Below, one piece after another: positions 35,816-46,312 of a DNA stretch of 64,000 bases (positions within the stretch are counted from its first letter, which is position 1; each line of letters begins with the position of its first letter). Origin of the DNA: a virus. The notes beneath the pieces were generated by a model, which saw only the letters and a list, made by a program, of their open reading frames with translations, was not told the origin of the DNA and searched no databases. The DNA is taken from IMG/VR virus record IMGVR_UViG_3300007177_000055, positions 61,410-125,409 of that record, one strand, 5' to 3'. A program made the translations under genes and the position numbers.

Positions 35816-38800
35816 CTACCAGCTGTCCGAAGAAAACCTAGATCCACCGTTTAAAGAGTTAAAACCACCCCACCTTTGACGAGTACCTAGTAGTTCCTTT
35901 TTGAAACCAGAGCGGGTGTTACTGAATTCGTCTTCTGCAGCAGGGGAAAATACCGTAGGTACTACACCTTTAACAACAGCTAGTTTTCTAGAACCTGCCC
36001 AATCACTATGAGTATTACCTATTAGTTGCCAGCAAATTGCAGCCACACAATCAGCAAGATCTTTACTGTTGTGAACTATAACTCCAGCAGTTACGGCAAA
36101 GTTATCCCAAAGATCTACCGAAAGATCATAAACAGCAACTGGTTTTGACAACAAAACCGGAATAACAAAAACCAGTTTTACTAATTTTCCTGAACACATC
36201 AATTCGGTTTTGTCAGGTTCTAAGTCTTGAGCAGCTACATAATTTCCTGTCCTAAGCATAAAGGGGTGATCAGGAGTGCACCTAATAACAAAACCATTGT
36301 CTAAACCTACATCTAGTAACTCTGTTACTTCCATAGTTTTACGACCTTTAGCCCGACCTGGCACTAAAGTACCATCTGGCTTGCAGCTATAAACCCAAAC
36401 TTCTTTTCCTACCAACTCCGAAATTTTACGGTGAGTCCCATCTAGCAGCGGTATCCGAGTTTCCCCAACCAAACACTTATCTGGCTTATGGTCTATTTTG
36501 TTACCGTTAATTAGCTGTAAGTGTACTAGTTCGTCTTTAAGTAAAGCCGTGTACTCAGAAAGCCTTGGGAAGACAATTCGATTTTCGTGCAGCAGTTTTC
36601 TCAAGCAATCGTACATATCAAGTTGTACAGCCCGACTAAAGAAAATACTTTCGGCGTTTATACCGTTAGCTTTAAGACGCTGGATGGTCTCCGGTGAATG
36701 AGCATGGTCACTCGTAACCTTAGTTAACGGTCGCATACGGTTTATTTCATAAATGACAGACTGCACGTTAGTAATAGAAACTTGAACACCGGGCTCTGGT
36801 TCCCAAGCTACTAAACCATCAATAACTACTAAAGGTTCACCGTCAGCTGAGCTTTCTTTGTGTCCAAATGCTAAACCATAAGCGTCTCTTTTAACTGCCG
36901 GGTCTAAATGCAAATATGTACTAACACCATTTGACTCAGTGACAGTAGCTTGCATTCTTACCAACCCGTCACCCGCAGCAGTATCTCTAACAACTTTAAT
37001 CTTGGAAGAACCACGAAAAGCTCTAATAACTTCGTCTTTGTCTAAGAAAGAGTACTGGCCAGAGTGTCTAACGCCTTCGAACTCTAGAGCAGCTTGAATA
37101 GGATCTTGAGCGTATTCACCTCTGATAACAGGACTTTCTCGGGCAGCTCTTTCAGGATTTAAGTCCCAAGATCTCAACCTAAATCCCACCATAGAATCAA
37201 CTACTTCAGGATCTTTACACATTTTGTACAGTTTTTCTATAGCATCTCCTTCTTCCCAAGCAGAAGAAATAGCTACTCTTAGAGCATCTGCACCAAATGT
37301 AACTCCAGAGACACCAATGTTAGACCAAAGTTCCAGAGCATTAGACTCACCATTGTCAGCCCTAAAACGAGCAACTTCGTCCATCACCAGCAGCAATACA
37401 CTAGAACCTACTTGAGAAGAAGACTTAGAGTTACCAGCGTAAATATAAAGCAGTTTTCCTTGATACTTGATTTGTTCTTCACCTACTATAATTTCGCCTC
37501 GGTCTATTAACCGGCGTATAACAGGCACGTAGTACAACAGCGCCCGAGCCTGACCATAAATAGTACGCTTAGTCTGCTCAGCTCCGGTAGCCATACAAAA
37601 TATTGCTATAGGAGTGGAAGCAGCTATTTTATAGTGCAACTGAGGTGAAGGTAACAACACTAATTTATAAAACTCATAAGCTACTATCACTGAGCCTATC
37701 ATCGTGTTGTGGTTAGTAAAACCTTGTGAAACGTATTGCTCAAAACCTGGTACGGACAAGTCTACACAAAAAGCTGTGGAATCAAGTACTGAAACTACAG
37801 GATCGTAGAAGTAGTCGCATTCTAATAAGTGCTTAAAATGCTCAACAGCTTCTAAGTCACTACAATGCAGTTCCGCAAATTCAACCAGCGCAGGCAAACG
37901 ATAAGCGCTGAATTCCTCAGTAGAGTTGTCTTTAATTGCATTACCTACCAACGCGCGGAACTCTAGTTTTAAGTTGCGGGTTTTGGGTTGGTTTGCGTAA
38001 TCAGAACCTAACAACTTACCAGCGCCGTGAGCTGATCCGGGTTGTTTGCCTCGGTTAGAAGGTAAAGAATCGCGCAGCCTTTTCAGCCAAACCTTTTGAT
38101 TAGGTATACGTTCCGTATCGCCGCCGTCCCTACCGCTGGTAGCTAAGTAGTCAACTAAAGGTTGTTGCTTCCTTGGTAATCCAAAACCTATTTCGGCAGC
38201 AAACTTTTTAACGCTGCGCTGACCTCGTAAGATCAATACGTAATAGTCTTTGCCTTTAACTTCTTTAGTCTTTACCCGACTAACTACACCAAAGTTTAAG
38301 AGCATCAGTTGTAGTTCTTCTGCTAATTGCTTAGAAGCAGTAGACAAAGTAACTTCCCGGCCGCCTTTCTCACAACTACCATCAGCAGCAAAAAGACCTA
38401 ACAAAAACGCAGCTTGTACGTCTTTAGGGCTGCGGCGTATAGACCAAGGTACTTTTTTAGTAGTAACAAGAGAGTCAATAGTAAACCCTAAAGAGTCAAA
38501 GTAACTGCGCAGCACTTTGCAGCCAATTGACAACCTAGCCCCAAACTGGGACCTAGAGTCTTTTGCTTCTCTAGGCTCCTCTAAGCCGGCTTTAATAATT
38601 GCTTCTTTATACCAAGGGAGGTCGTACAAATGACAGGTAAGTTGTATTTGACAATCGCTAGTCCAACTACCATCACCTACTAGCAAGCCTAAAAGTTTAC
38701 CTAGGTCAGGACCCAAAAGGTCAGGGTAGTCGCGCTGCTTAACCAACATCCCGTTGCTGTACTTAGCAAGGCTGGGAGCCAAATGCTTTATAAGTAGGTA

Positions 38801-39532
38801 CTCAGTAGGAAAAAGGTTAGTAGCTCTGTGTATGCAAGCCCATTCTCCTACTTGAATATCCCTAAAGTACCTCCACCCTATAGACCCTGAAGAGTCTAGT
38901 ACTTTGATCCGGTGCTCCGCCGTGGCTTCTAAGTTGTAAGCACAAGCAGTCGTTACCTTTTTAGTCGGGCTCTCACCTTTTACATAAAAGTTCTCAGCCT
39001 GGGCAGTTCGGCTAGTCCCTTCTACAGCCACAGTATGACTTAAGGGCAAACTAACATCTTTTAGCTGTTGCATACCTTCTTCTAAGGTAAGCATGTTCAA
39101 GTTTTGCGAGACAGACATAGCTTCTTTAAAGAGCTCGTGTCCATATACCATACCATACTGCTGGGAGCCTAGGAGGCTATACAGACTGTGGCATTTCCCC
39201 CCTCTTCTACCACATTCTACAATTAACGCCTGCTTTTTACCGATGTCGTTGTCTTTGCTAAAAAGTAGATCAAAAGTGGTGCGGTCTAGCTCATACCAGG
39301 CTTTTATAATCTGAATTTCTGCTTCAGAAAACTCATAGTAACCATAAAAGATCTTTAGTATTAACATCTGGCGCACGTCTAATTTAATACCCCAGTCCGG
39401 ACTGATTTCTTTTTCTACAAAGTCGACTATATTAGTTACGGCTGTGTCATTAGCAAATTCTGTTTGAAGATCTAATACTAGATCGTCAAAGAAAGTTTCA
39501 AAGTTAATTGCTAGTCCGGTACCTTTAGTCAC
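35816..39532 (-). CDS. terL: terminase large subunit with two inteins (about 606 aa after splicing)
   Basis: Walker A CGRRGGK|T, Walker B LLVMDE, motif III ISSA, nuclease HLDPA..RD, KD.AD. Confidence 0.93.
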   Translation of the reverse strand: MTKGTGLAINFETFFDDLVLDLQTEFANDTAVTNIVDFVEKEISPDWGIKLDVRQMLILKIFYGYYEFSEAEIQIIKAWYELDRTTFDLLFSKDNDIGKKQALIVECGRRGGKCHSLYSLLGSQQYGMVYGHELFKEAMSVSQNLNMLTLEEGMQQLKDVSLPLSHTVAVEGTSRTAQAENFYVKGESPTKKVTTACAYNLEATAEHRIKVLDSSGSIGWRYFRDIQVGEWACIHRATNLFPTEYLLIKHLAPSLAKYSNGMLVKQRDYPDLLGPDLGKLLGLLVGDGSWTSDCQIQLTCHLYDLPWYKEAIIKAGLEEPREAKDSRSQFGARLSIGCKVLRSYFDSLGFTIDSLVTTKKVPWSIRRSPKDVQAAFLLGLFAADGSCEKGGREVTLSTASKQLAEELQLMLLNFGVVSRVKTKEVKGKDYYVLILRGQRSVKKFAAEIGFGLPRKQQPLVDYLATSGRDGGDTERIPNQKVWLKRLRDSLPSNRGKQPGSAHGAGKLLGSDYANQPKTRNLKLEFRALVGNAIKDNSTEEFSAYRLPALVEFAELHCSDLEAVEHFKHLLECDYFYDPVVSVLDSTAFCVDLSVPGFEQYVSQGFTNHNTMIGSVIVAYEFYKLVLLPSPQLHYKIAASTPIAIFCMATGAEQTKRTIYGQARALLYYVPVIRRLIDRGEIIVGEEQIKYQGKLLYIYAGNSKSSSQVGSSVLLLVMDEVARFRADNGESNALELWSNIGVSGVTFGADALRVAISSAWEEGDAIEKLYKMCKDPEVVDSMVGFRLRSWDLNPERAARESPVIRGEYAQDPIQAALEFEGVRHSGQYSFLDKDEVIRAFRGSSKIKVVRDTAAGDGLVRMQATVTESNGVSTYLHLDPAVKRDAYGLAFGHKESSADGEPLVVIDGLVAWEPEPGVQVSITNVQSVIYEINRMRPLTKVTSDHAHSPETIQRLKANGINAESIFFSRAVQLDMYDCLRKLLHENRIVFPRLSEYTALLKDELVHLQLINGNKIDHKPDKCLVGETRIPLLDGTHRKISELVGKEVWVYSCKPDGTLVPGRAKGRKTMEVTELLDVGLDNGFVIRCTPDHPFMLRTGNYVAAQDLEPDKTELMCSGKLVKLVFVIPVLLSKPVAVYDLSVDLWDNFAVTAGVIVHNSKDLADCVAAICWQLIGNTHSDWAGSRKLAVVKGVVPTVFSPAAEDEFSNTRSGFKKELLGTRQRWGGFNSLNGGSRFSSDSW
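36068..36475 (-). mobile_element. intein 2 of TerL, mini-intein (136 aa), in the nuclease domain
   Basis: Starts CLVGETRIPLLDG; CTPDHPF; VYDLSVD..DNF...IVHN|S; no endonuclease. Confidence 0.92.
37706..39193 (-). mobile_element. intein 1 of TerL with LAGLIDADG homing endonuclease (496 aa), in the P-loop
   Basis: Starts CHSLYS (C114); TAEHRI; LLGLLVGDG and FLLGLFAADG; ends CVDLSVP...FTNHN|T. Confidence 0.92.
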
Positions 39533-40344
39533 GCAACCACTAGTTTTAGGCCTAGTTGATAGTGTAGCTTACCCGACGCGGTGTTACTAACAACTTCTAA
39601 ATCTAGACTACTACCTGCAGCTACTGGCCCAGTTAAGTAGTCAGCAGGGTATGTAGTAAGTAGAGCTCCATTAGACTGAGAGTAAGCCCGGCTGGCAATT
39701 ACATTACTTACAGTAGTTAAATCACTACCAGCTGTAACGCCTGAGACTTTTAAGCGAATGCTACTACCAAAACCTACAGACTTTACAAAAAGATCAGTCA
39801 CCCATGACTTGTTAGGTAATGAAAGAACCATCGGATGTGTTACTGGCGCAGTAACATCTATAACGCCGCTAAAATAGTAAGTATTAATCCGAGCCCAATC
39901 TGCAGGCCTTACAAAACCTGGCAACCCTGAACCATCTAATTGCTGAAAATCTTGTATAGGTACAGGGCTGTAAAAAGTAATTAAGTTGCTACCAGCCGCA
40001 ACATTAATGCCGTGTATACAGTACACTGTCGCGTCTGTTTGAGGACCTCTTAAATAAATAGTTCCATTAACTACAGTCTCAATAGCAGATACAGATACCC
40101 TCAATGTACTTGCGCTTAAGTATGTTACAGTTGCGGGTGTTGTAGTGGCTAAAACTTCTTCAGCTTGCAAGTTATATAGATATACAGAGTCTCCCAAACT
40201 AATGTCATAACAGCGGAAATCCGGCGGGGTAACTCTATCGTGACCATGAATATTGTATTTACCATAAGCTAATATGGGGTCGTCCGCTTGAAGGCCTGTG
40301 ACACCACCGGTTTTTATTTGGGGATAAGCAGACGAGTAGGTCAT
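39529..40344 (-). CDS. hypothetical virion/tail protein
   Basis: 271-aa beta-rich ORF in the baseplate operon, overlapping both neighbours. Confidence 0.7.
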   Translation of the reverse strand: MTYSSAYPQIKTGGVTGLQADDPILAYGKYNIHGHDRVTPPDFRCYDISLGDSVYLYNLQAEEVLATTTPATVTYLSASTLRVSVSAIETVVNGTIYLRGPQTDATVYCIHGINVAAGSNLITFYSPVPIQDFQQLDGSGLPGFVRPADWARINTYYFSGVIDVTAPVTHPMVLSLPNKSWVTDLFVKSVGFGSSIRLKVSGVTAGSDLTTVSNVIASRAYSQSNGALLTTYPADYLTGPVAAGSSLDLEVVSNTASGKLHYQLGLKLVVA

Positions 40345-42710
40345 TCGTTTATCTCTTTAGGAGCTGTCAGAAAAAGCTGAATACCAGCAGCTTGTGTTTG
40401 TTCTATGACTCTAATCAAATTATTTGCTACAGGCAAGTCAAGTGTAATGTATTTGGTAGCTAGATAATTAGCTAGAGGGTCTATAAATACCGGGCCATCT
40501 ACTACATAAACTTTAGGGTTTTTAGGATTATAATCTGCTGCTAATACCCGAGGACGGTCTCGTAACGCCAGATTAACGGGTAAAGGTATTTGAGCACTTG
40601 ACTCTATCTCAACTCCTACTAAGGATAAATCTCGATAGGGAAAACCTGCGACAGGTCGAGGTTCTAAACCTAAGTTAGTATTTATAGACCTAGAATCTGA
40701 AACTAACAATTCAGCAGACGAACTAAACCCACTGCTGGGTCTATAAACCAAATTAAAGTAGTCTTCAGCGGGGGTATCTGCTACGAAAGGCTGAACAGCA
40801 TCTGTATAAGAAGCATACTCGTTAGCTAAGCAACCAACAATAAAAGCTGAATAAGGGCGGGGGGTTACATTAGTTTCTGTTAAGTTATAACCCCAAAGGC
40901 TAAGTAAAGACTCTAAGTTTCCTTTAGCTTGTAAAGTACCTAACATTAAATCCTTTAAAAAAGAATCAGAAGCTAAAAGTTTTTGAGGAAATAACAGAGA
41001 CAACCAGCTTCTAAGTGCTTTACCAACAGCAGTAATAGGAGCTTTGGCAGACTGTGCTGTTAAATAACCTACATACCAAGGGTAAAAAACATCAGCTTCT
41101 GCTTTCAACAAAGAGCCTAAAACAGTTTTTGGATCTTCTTCAACTCCAACACCAGTCCAATTAGAACCGTAAGGCCACAACCTGCGTATTTCTTGGGCAT
41201 CTATTTCTACTAAAGTAGAAATAGCTTGAGACCTAAAATCAAATGCAGTAGCTGGGTTGGGTATAAAGCCTCTTTGTTTAAGTAAAAAAGTAGCTAGTAC
41301 GTCTAAGGAGTAAGTAGTAGTTGGGTTTGATAATTCAGAACTTTGGGCATCTAAGGCTGCTACCCAGCTTGGAGCAGTCGATTGTGTGCCGTATAACCAA
41401 CTAACTAAGTAATCAGGCTTTGAAATGCTTACTCCTGTAAGTGCAGTAAAAGCAGCTTTGACTGATTCATACCTAAGGAACCCAGAAGCTGAAGTACTAG
41501 GCCTAAATTGTAATAACCACCAAGTCTGATACGCTGCCGCGTTTAGTTGCGAGTATTTCAAAGCAGCTTCAAGATTTGACCTAACTATTGCGGGGTCTTG
41601 AGAATCATACTCACCTACAAAGTCCCTAGTTAAAAACCCAGAATATTCATCAGCAGTAACATCTTTATTAGAATCCAGCAAAACTTGGTGTAAACGCGAC
41701 CCGCGTACATGAAGGTCAAAGTCATAGTCTATAGACAGATAATGGCTCAAAAACAAGTCTACTAGGTAAGAACTTACCAAACTAGGGCAATCATAGTTAA
41801 AAAAATCAGCTTCTCCAGAAACTGCCGCATACCCTGTAATAGGAGAAATTGAATAGCTACAAAAAGTCGCCAGCGCTTTCAAAGAAATCAACAGCTCTTC
41901 GTGAAACTGACCTCTAGTTCCATACAACAGAGTAGATCCTACAGGATAAACCTCTTGTAAAGACTTAACAGCTAAAACTAACGCTAGACCTAAAAAAGCG
42001 TTAGGAGCTACCTCCTTAAGAACATAATTACTAACAGGGGGATTTAAAGATACAGGAAAACGTTCAAAGCCCCAAACAGGTTCAGTGTTAACTGTAAAAA
42101 CATCACCACCTACATACCAAGACCTTAGTTTAGCTTGGTAAACAAATTCTTTAATAATTGAAATTACCAGACTTACTTCACCTGCAGCAACAGCGGCTAA
42201 TAAGCCCCAAGCAACTGTTTCTGGAGGCGACTCTAACATAGAGCTCCCCAAATAAGGGCTAGGAAAAAATCCTCGCTGGTTTGAAGGCAACAACAATTTA
42301 TCTTCTACATTATTTACATTTACCGTAAGAACACCTTGGACAGGAGGTAACCTTTTTATATAAAGACGATCTGCTACATAATTACCTACTTTAGGTACAT
42401 CAAAAGAATGGGTCTCGTTTTCATAAGCAATTTCTCGATATTGGCGGCCGTCTACCAAAGTAGTAACTTCGTAAGTTTTAATAGGTATTGCTTCTGTTAA
42501 TTTACGCCGCTGACTTAAGCGCCCAGAACTAGAAAGTTTTATAGGCGTGCTGTAATTATGATACGTAGCTAAGGTAATTGCAGCGTCAGGAACACTAACT
42601 CCTACAACTTTCGATTGTTCATTTGAGTGAGTAAAATCAGGTTGAAGCGTAGAATTGTTCAGATCTAGGCCTAGAGAGGTATAAAAAGGCAATAAAGAAA
42701 AACTAGTCAT
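40341..42710 (-). CDS. large baseplate-wedge-like protein
   Basis: Follows baseplate J; C-half RRLWPYG..W ... TA.G..L..W ... AAGI resembles gpI/gp48-type wedge subunits. Confidence 0.55.
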   Translation of the reverse strand: MTSFSLLPFYTSLGLDLNNSTLQPDFTHSNEQSKVVGVSVPDAAITLATYHNYSTPIKLSSSGRLSQRRKLTEAIPIKTYEVTTLVDGRQYREIAYENETHSFDVPKVGNYVADRLYIKRLPPVQGVLTVNVNNVEDKLLLPSNQRGFFPSPYLGSSMLESPPETVAWGLLAAVAAGEVSLVISIIKEFVYQAKLRSWYVGGDVFTVNTEPVWGFERFPVSLNPPVSNYVLKEVAPNAFLGLALVLAVKSLQEVYPVGSTLLYGTRGQFHEELLISLKALATFCSYSISPITGYAAVSGEADFFNYDCPSLVSSYLVDLFLSHYLSIDYDFDLHVRGSRLHQVLLDSNKDVTADEYSGFLTRDFVGEYDSQDPAIVRSNLEAALKYSQLNAAAYQTWWLLQFRPSTSASGFLRYESVKAAFTALTGVSISKPDYLVSWLYGTQSTAPSWVAALDAQSSELSNPTTTYSLDVLATFLLKQRGFIPNPATAFDFRSQAISTLVEIDAQEIRRLWPYGSNWTGVGVEEDPKTVLGSLLKAEADVFYPWYVGYLTAQSAKAPITAVGKALRSWLSLLFPQKLLASDSFLKDLMLGTLQAKGNLESLLSLWGYNLTETNVTPRPYSAFIVGCLANEYASYTDAVQPFVADTPAEDYFNLVYRPSSGFSSSAELLVSDSRSINTNLGLEPRPVAGFPYRDLSLVGVEIESSAQIPLPVNLALRDRPRVLAADYNPKNPKVYVVDGPVFIDPLANYLATKYITLDLPVANNLIRVIEQTQAAGIQLFLTAPKEINE

Positions 42711-43798
42711 TAATCAGTCACCGGGTATGTGACTTTGATGTCACCAGGGACTAACAACTCTCCTACATTAGCTTGAGTAGTAGCAGCTATACCAGTGACG
42801 GCTATAGACCTAACAAAAGGTTTTACAGCATTAACTAAAGACTCTGTATAGAAGGTTTCCCCAACAGAAAGAGAATTTAGAACACTATTAACTAAGACGT
42901 TAATATTTTCAGTTAAAGCACCTAAGTTAGTAGTTAACCCACGAAAAGGTTCAACTACTAAGGTAAAATCTAGACGACGTTGAGTAACTTGGCCTAAAAT
43001 AGGAACTACACCTGCAGCTACAGAAGGGGCTATGTAGTCTTTAAGCTCTTTTAGTTGATTAGGGGTAAGTAGCTGCAAGGAATCTACCCAGATTTCTACA
43101 TAACCACCAACTACAGTGCGAACAAAAGCTCGGGTTACTAACGGATATTCCATTAATTTTAAAGTTAGCTCTTCTATAGACCCAGTATTGGTAGAAGCTA
43201 AGTACTGACCAACTCGCTGACGGTAAGTAATATCCGATTCAGTATCCCGGCCACCTGTAATATCGCCTAAATAAGTAGTAGTGTGGACATTACCTACCAC
43301 AAACTGCACCTCTGGCCGCTCTAAGCAGAATAATTTTGTTCCAGCTGCAACATTACTAGAGTCACCTGAAGCTAAGGCTTTAACCAGCACTCGAACCTCA
43401 GTGTTATTGTACACCTGTACATTAGGTGTAACTATTACATACTGGTTACCGTTTGACAAGTTTACTAAGGTTGTTCTGCCAGTCAATACATAAGAAGAAA
43501 GGTTAAATTCACTTCCTATTATGGCTAAAACATAACCTTGAGCATAAGTCTCGGTTAAGCGCTTAACTCCAAAAGATTCTGCTATAGCGTCTAATTGCGA
43601 ACCCGTAGCATTGAGTAAAGAGGAATTCTCTAATTGCTGTAGCTTAAGATCTTGAGATACAGCAACCGCTGCTACACCCCGCGAAAGAGTATAAACTATT
43701 GATCCGGGGTCAGTGTCTAACACTAGAGGACTACCCGACTTTGCAATAGCAAGCAAATAATCTTGTTGTATTTCCTTAGTACTTCTAACGTTAATCAT
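42710..43798 (-). CDS. baseplate J-like wedge protein
   Basis: PGS, NATGSQLDAIAESFGVKR...AQG, G..SNV.AG, ITGGRDTESD..YRQR. Confidence 0.9.
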   Translation of the reverse strand: MINVRSTKEIQQDYLLAIAKSGSPLVLDTDPGSIVYTLSRGVAAVAVSQDLKLQQLENSSLLNATGSQLDAIAESFGVKRLTETYAQGYVLAIIGSEFNLSSYVLTGRTTLVNLSNGNQYVIVTPNVQVYNNTEVRVLVKALASGDSSNVAAGTKLFCLERPEVQFVVGNVHTTTYLGDITGGRDTESDITYRQRVGQYLASTNTGSIEELTLKLMEYPLVTRAFVRTVVGGYVEIWVDSLQLLTPNQLKELKDYIAPSVAAGVVPILGQVTQRRLDFTLVVEPFRGLTTNLGALTENINVLVNSVLNSLSVGETFYTESLVNAVKPFVRSIAVTGIAATTQANVGELLVPGDIKVTYPVTD

Positions 43799-44178
43799 TG
43801 AGTACTCACCACATTTACAGAGTTATCGACCAAATCTAAATAGGTTAACTCTAAAACTACGTTATTAAGACTTAAGCTTTTATTAACTGTCAGCAGTTCT
43901 ACTTTAGGATCTGCGGCTAAAGATTCTGCCACAGAATCTTCCAAAGTAGAAATATCTACATCAGTAGAAGGAAGAGACAATAGTTCAGGTAAACGACAAA
44001 AGTAATCAGGGTCTAGATCAACCCAGCCTTCAGGGTCTCTAACGGCTCTAGTGTAGCCAGCTACAGGTGTTGTTAACCTACGTTTAATAGCAGCAGACCG
44101 ATTTGATTGCGTAGCTAAAAAACCTTCGGCGGTTAGCTCCAAGTCCCCTGAAGGGCCAATAACTAAATCTAAAGTCAC
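43795..44178 (-). CDS. baseplate wedge / sheath initiator (gp25/GPW-like)
   Basis: GDL, I.RRL.TP, PDY, E.L.ADP.V; position upstream of baseplate J. Confidence 0.72.
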   Translation of the reverse strand: MTLDLVIGPSGDLELTAEGFLATQSNRSAAIKRRLTTPVAGYTRAVRDPEGWVDLDPDYFCRLPELLSLPSTDVDISTLEDSVAESLAADPKVELLTVNKSLSLNNVVLELTYLDLVDNSVNVVSTQ

Positions 44179-44759
44179 TGTAATCTTAAAGGACTAGTAC
44201 TATCATCGTAGTTTCCATAGCTCAATAAATCCAACCCTTTTGTATCTACTACCCAACTTACAGTTCCGCTAGCTAAAGGTTGAGATCCTCTAAAAGCTTG
44301 TACACAAAACAAGTAGTTTCCAGCAGGCCAAATACCAGAACCTGTTAGAGTACATTCCTCTGCTAAAGAGGAAACACCCCCTATAGCTATAAAATCTGAG
44401 TCCTTGAACAAAGACCACCCTAAAGAAACATCTTTATAAGAAGCAGGTAAAGCCAACTTAACTCTTAGGCTGCCGCCTAACACACGACATATAGGGGCTG
44501 GTCGAGGTAAGTCAGGAATGATTAACTTAACTCCATAGTTGACTGCAGTAACACTAGGTATCTTTACAGTAGCCTCATCAGCAGTAACAGAGGTTACTAT
44601 CCCTCTTAAATCTTGACCAAAAAGGATTATATTTCCTGGGATAAGCTGTTTATTTAAGTTTCTTAGAGTGATTGTTTTACCCTGTTGCTGTAATACAACA
44701 AAAGTATTAACGTCAACTTCTGTTAAGTAAGTCTTATTAGCAGGCTGATTGATATCCAT
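44175..44759 (-). CDS. hypothetical baseplate-region protein
   Basis: 194-aa ORF coupled to neighbours. Confidence 0.65.
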   Translation of the reverse strand: MDINQPANKTYLTEVDVNTFVVLQQQGKTITLRNLNKQLIPGNIILFGQDLRGIVTSVTADEATVKIPSVTAVNYGVKLIIPDLPRPAPICRVLGGSLRVKLALPASYKDVSLGWSLFKDSDFIAIGGVSSLAEECTLTGSGIWPAGNYLFCVQAFRGSQPLASGTVSWVVDTKGLDLLSYGNYDDSTSPLRLQ

Positions 44760-46312
44760 TATTCTCCTTTGTTAGTAAGATCAACCCGAACAGGTTGATT
44801 TGCAGATTGTTGTGGAAATACAGGCGGAGCTTGTGGAGAAGAGTAGGGTTTTACCGGAGTAACAACAGGAGGTGGAGGTAAGCTCCCACCCGTTGCATCA
44901 GCCGGTTGTTCTGTAGATGCATCAGGTGATGTAGCTGTTTCAGCTGTTAAAGCACTGGTTTCAGTTGGTGAAGTTGTTGCAGCCCCAACCTCCGCTGAGG
45001 CTGCACTCTCTGTTGGTGAAGCTGCATCAACTGGAATTGCAGCTTCAGGTGTTTTACCCACACCTGTAACTTTACTGACTAACCCAGCTAAAGCAGCAGC
45101 ACCTTTTTGTGACTGCACTGAAAGAATTTCAGTACCTTTACTTTCGACTATACCTGCAAAAGTAGCCCAACTAGACTCAGCTATACCTGAAGTATCTCCA
45201 CTTAGAGCTTGACGTACTAAGGCTTCACCGCCTTGAGTTAAAACTTCTGAAATATAATTAGCTGCTATGGGTGGCAAAGAAGTTTTTAGTAAGTCATTAA
45301 CGGGACTTAAAATAGTCCCTACCGGATCAGTTACTGCATTAACTAACCCATTAAGCTTGTTCAGAGATTCACTAACACCAGGAACAGATCCAACTAAACC
45401 GGTAACTGAAGCTAATGCTCCAGAAACATTACCTTCACTTACAGCTGCGGCTAGTGCTGTAATATTAGCTGCTGTGGCAACTACTTCAGTAATACCTAAA
45501 GAGCTAAGCTTTTCTAAAGCATCTAAGTTAAGAGGAGTCCGGGCCCCTATACCAACCCCGCCCATGTTGATTTGGACCACACTACCATCTAAAGAAAGTA
45601 CTCCTGTAGCTGACACCTTAGTAGCTCCCAAAGAACTGACATTAGTGACAGAGCCAGAAAGACTAAGAGCTCCAGTAGTAGTTACCTGACCCATACCAGT
45701 GGCCGCTACTAAGAAATTTGTTTGTGCTTGCATCTTGATAGAATCAGCAGCAAAAACCACATCTTTAGCAGCTCGGCCTACTAAATATGCTGCAGCCTGA
45801 ATATTAACAGATTCTTCTGCTGTAAGTTCATATCGACCAGCTACTCCTTGAGCTAGACCTGACTTAAAGTCAGCTTTTGTAACTTGAACTTTTTGATAAC
45901 CACTAGCGTGTACAGCAGAACCAGATTGGCGAAAATACTCTGAAGCATAACCGTAGTCTTCACCAACTACAGACCGACCATATGATCCAGATTGAACCGC
46001 AACTAAGCTATTAGCCTGCAACCAATAATGATCAATTATCTGAGTAATACTAGTAAAGCGTTGATGTAAAGACTTACCGTCTAAGACAGTAACCGCCGAG
46101 TTAACAGCAAACACTGGCGTTCTGATGTCAAACTGAGTGGTAATATCAAAGCGAGCCAAAGGCTGCCAAACAAAACCTATGGACTTAGAACTTTGGTGAC
46201 TAACTCCACTGCCATAATCTTTACTTAAAACATCAGCAGCTTTAGCAAGATCAACTTTGAGTTGTTGCATCAAGCTTTCATAAGCTGCAACATCTTCTTT
46301 TAAACTGCTCAT
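44759..46312 (-). CDS. baseplate spike-like protein (gp5/gpV-type beta-helix) with S/T/A/P-rich tail
   Basis: 8-residue beta-repeat region (…QVTTTGALSLSGSVTNVSSLGATKVSATGVLSLDGSVVQINMG). Confidence 0.6.
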   Translation of the reverse strand: MSSLKEDVAAYESLMQQLKVDLAKAADVLSKDYGSGVSHQSSKSIGFVWQPLARFDITTQFDIRTPVFAVNSAVTVLDGKSLHQRFTSITQIIDHYWLQANSLVAVQSGSYGRSVVGEDYGYASEYFRQSGSAVHASGYQKVQVTKADFKSGLAQGVAGRYELTAEESVNIQAAAYLVGRAAKDVVFAADSIKMQAQTNFLVAATGMGQVTTTGALSLSGSVTNVSSLGATKVSATGVLSLDGSVVQINMGGVGIGARTPLNLDALEKLSSLGITEVVATAANITALAAAVSEGNVSGALASVTGLVGSVPGVSESLNKLNGLVNAVTDPVGTILSPVNDLLKTSLPPIAANYISEVLTQGGEALVRQALSGDTSGIAESSWATFAGIVESKGTEILSVQSQKGAAALAGLVSKVTGVGKTPEAAIPVDAASPTESAASAEVGAATTSPTETSALTAETATSPDASTEQPADATGGSLPPPPVVTPVKPYSSPQAPPVFPQQSANQPVRVDLTNKGE

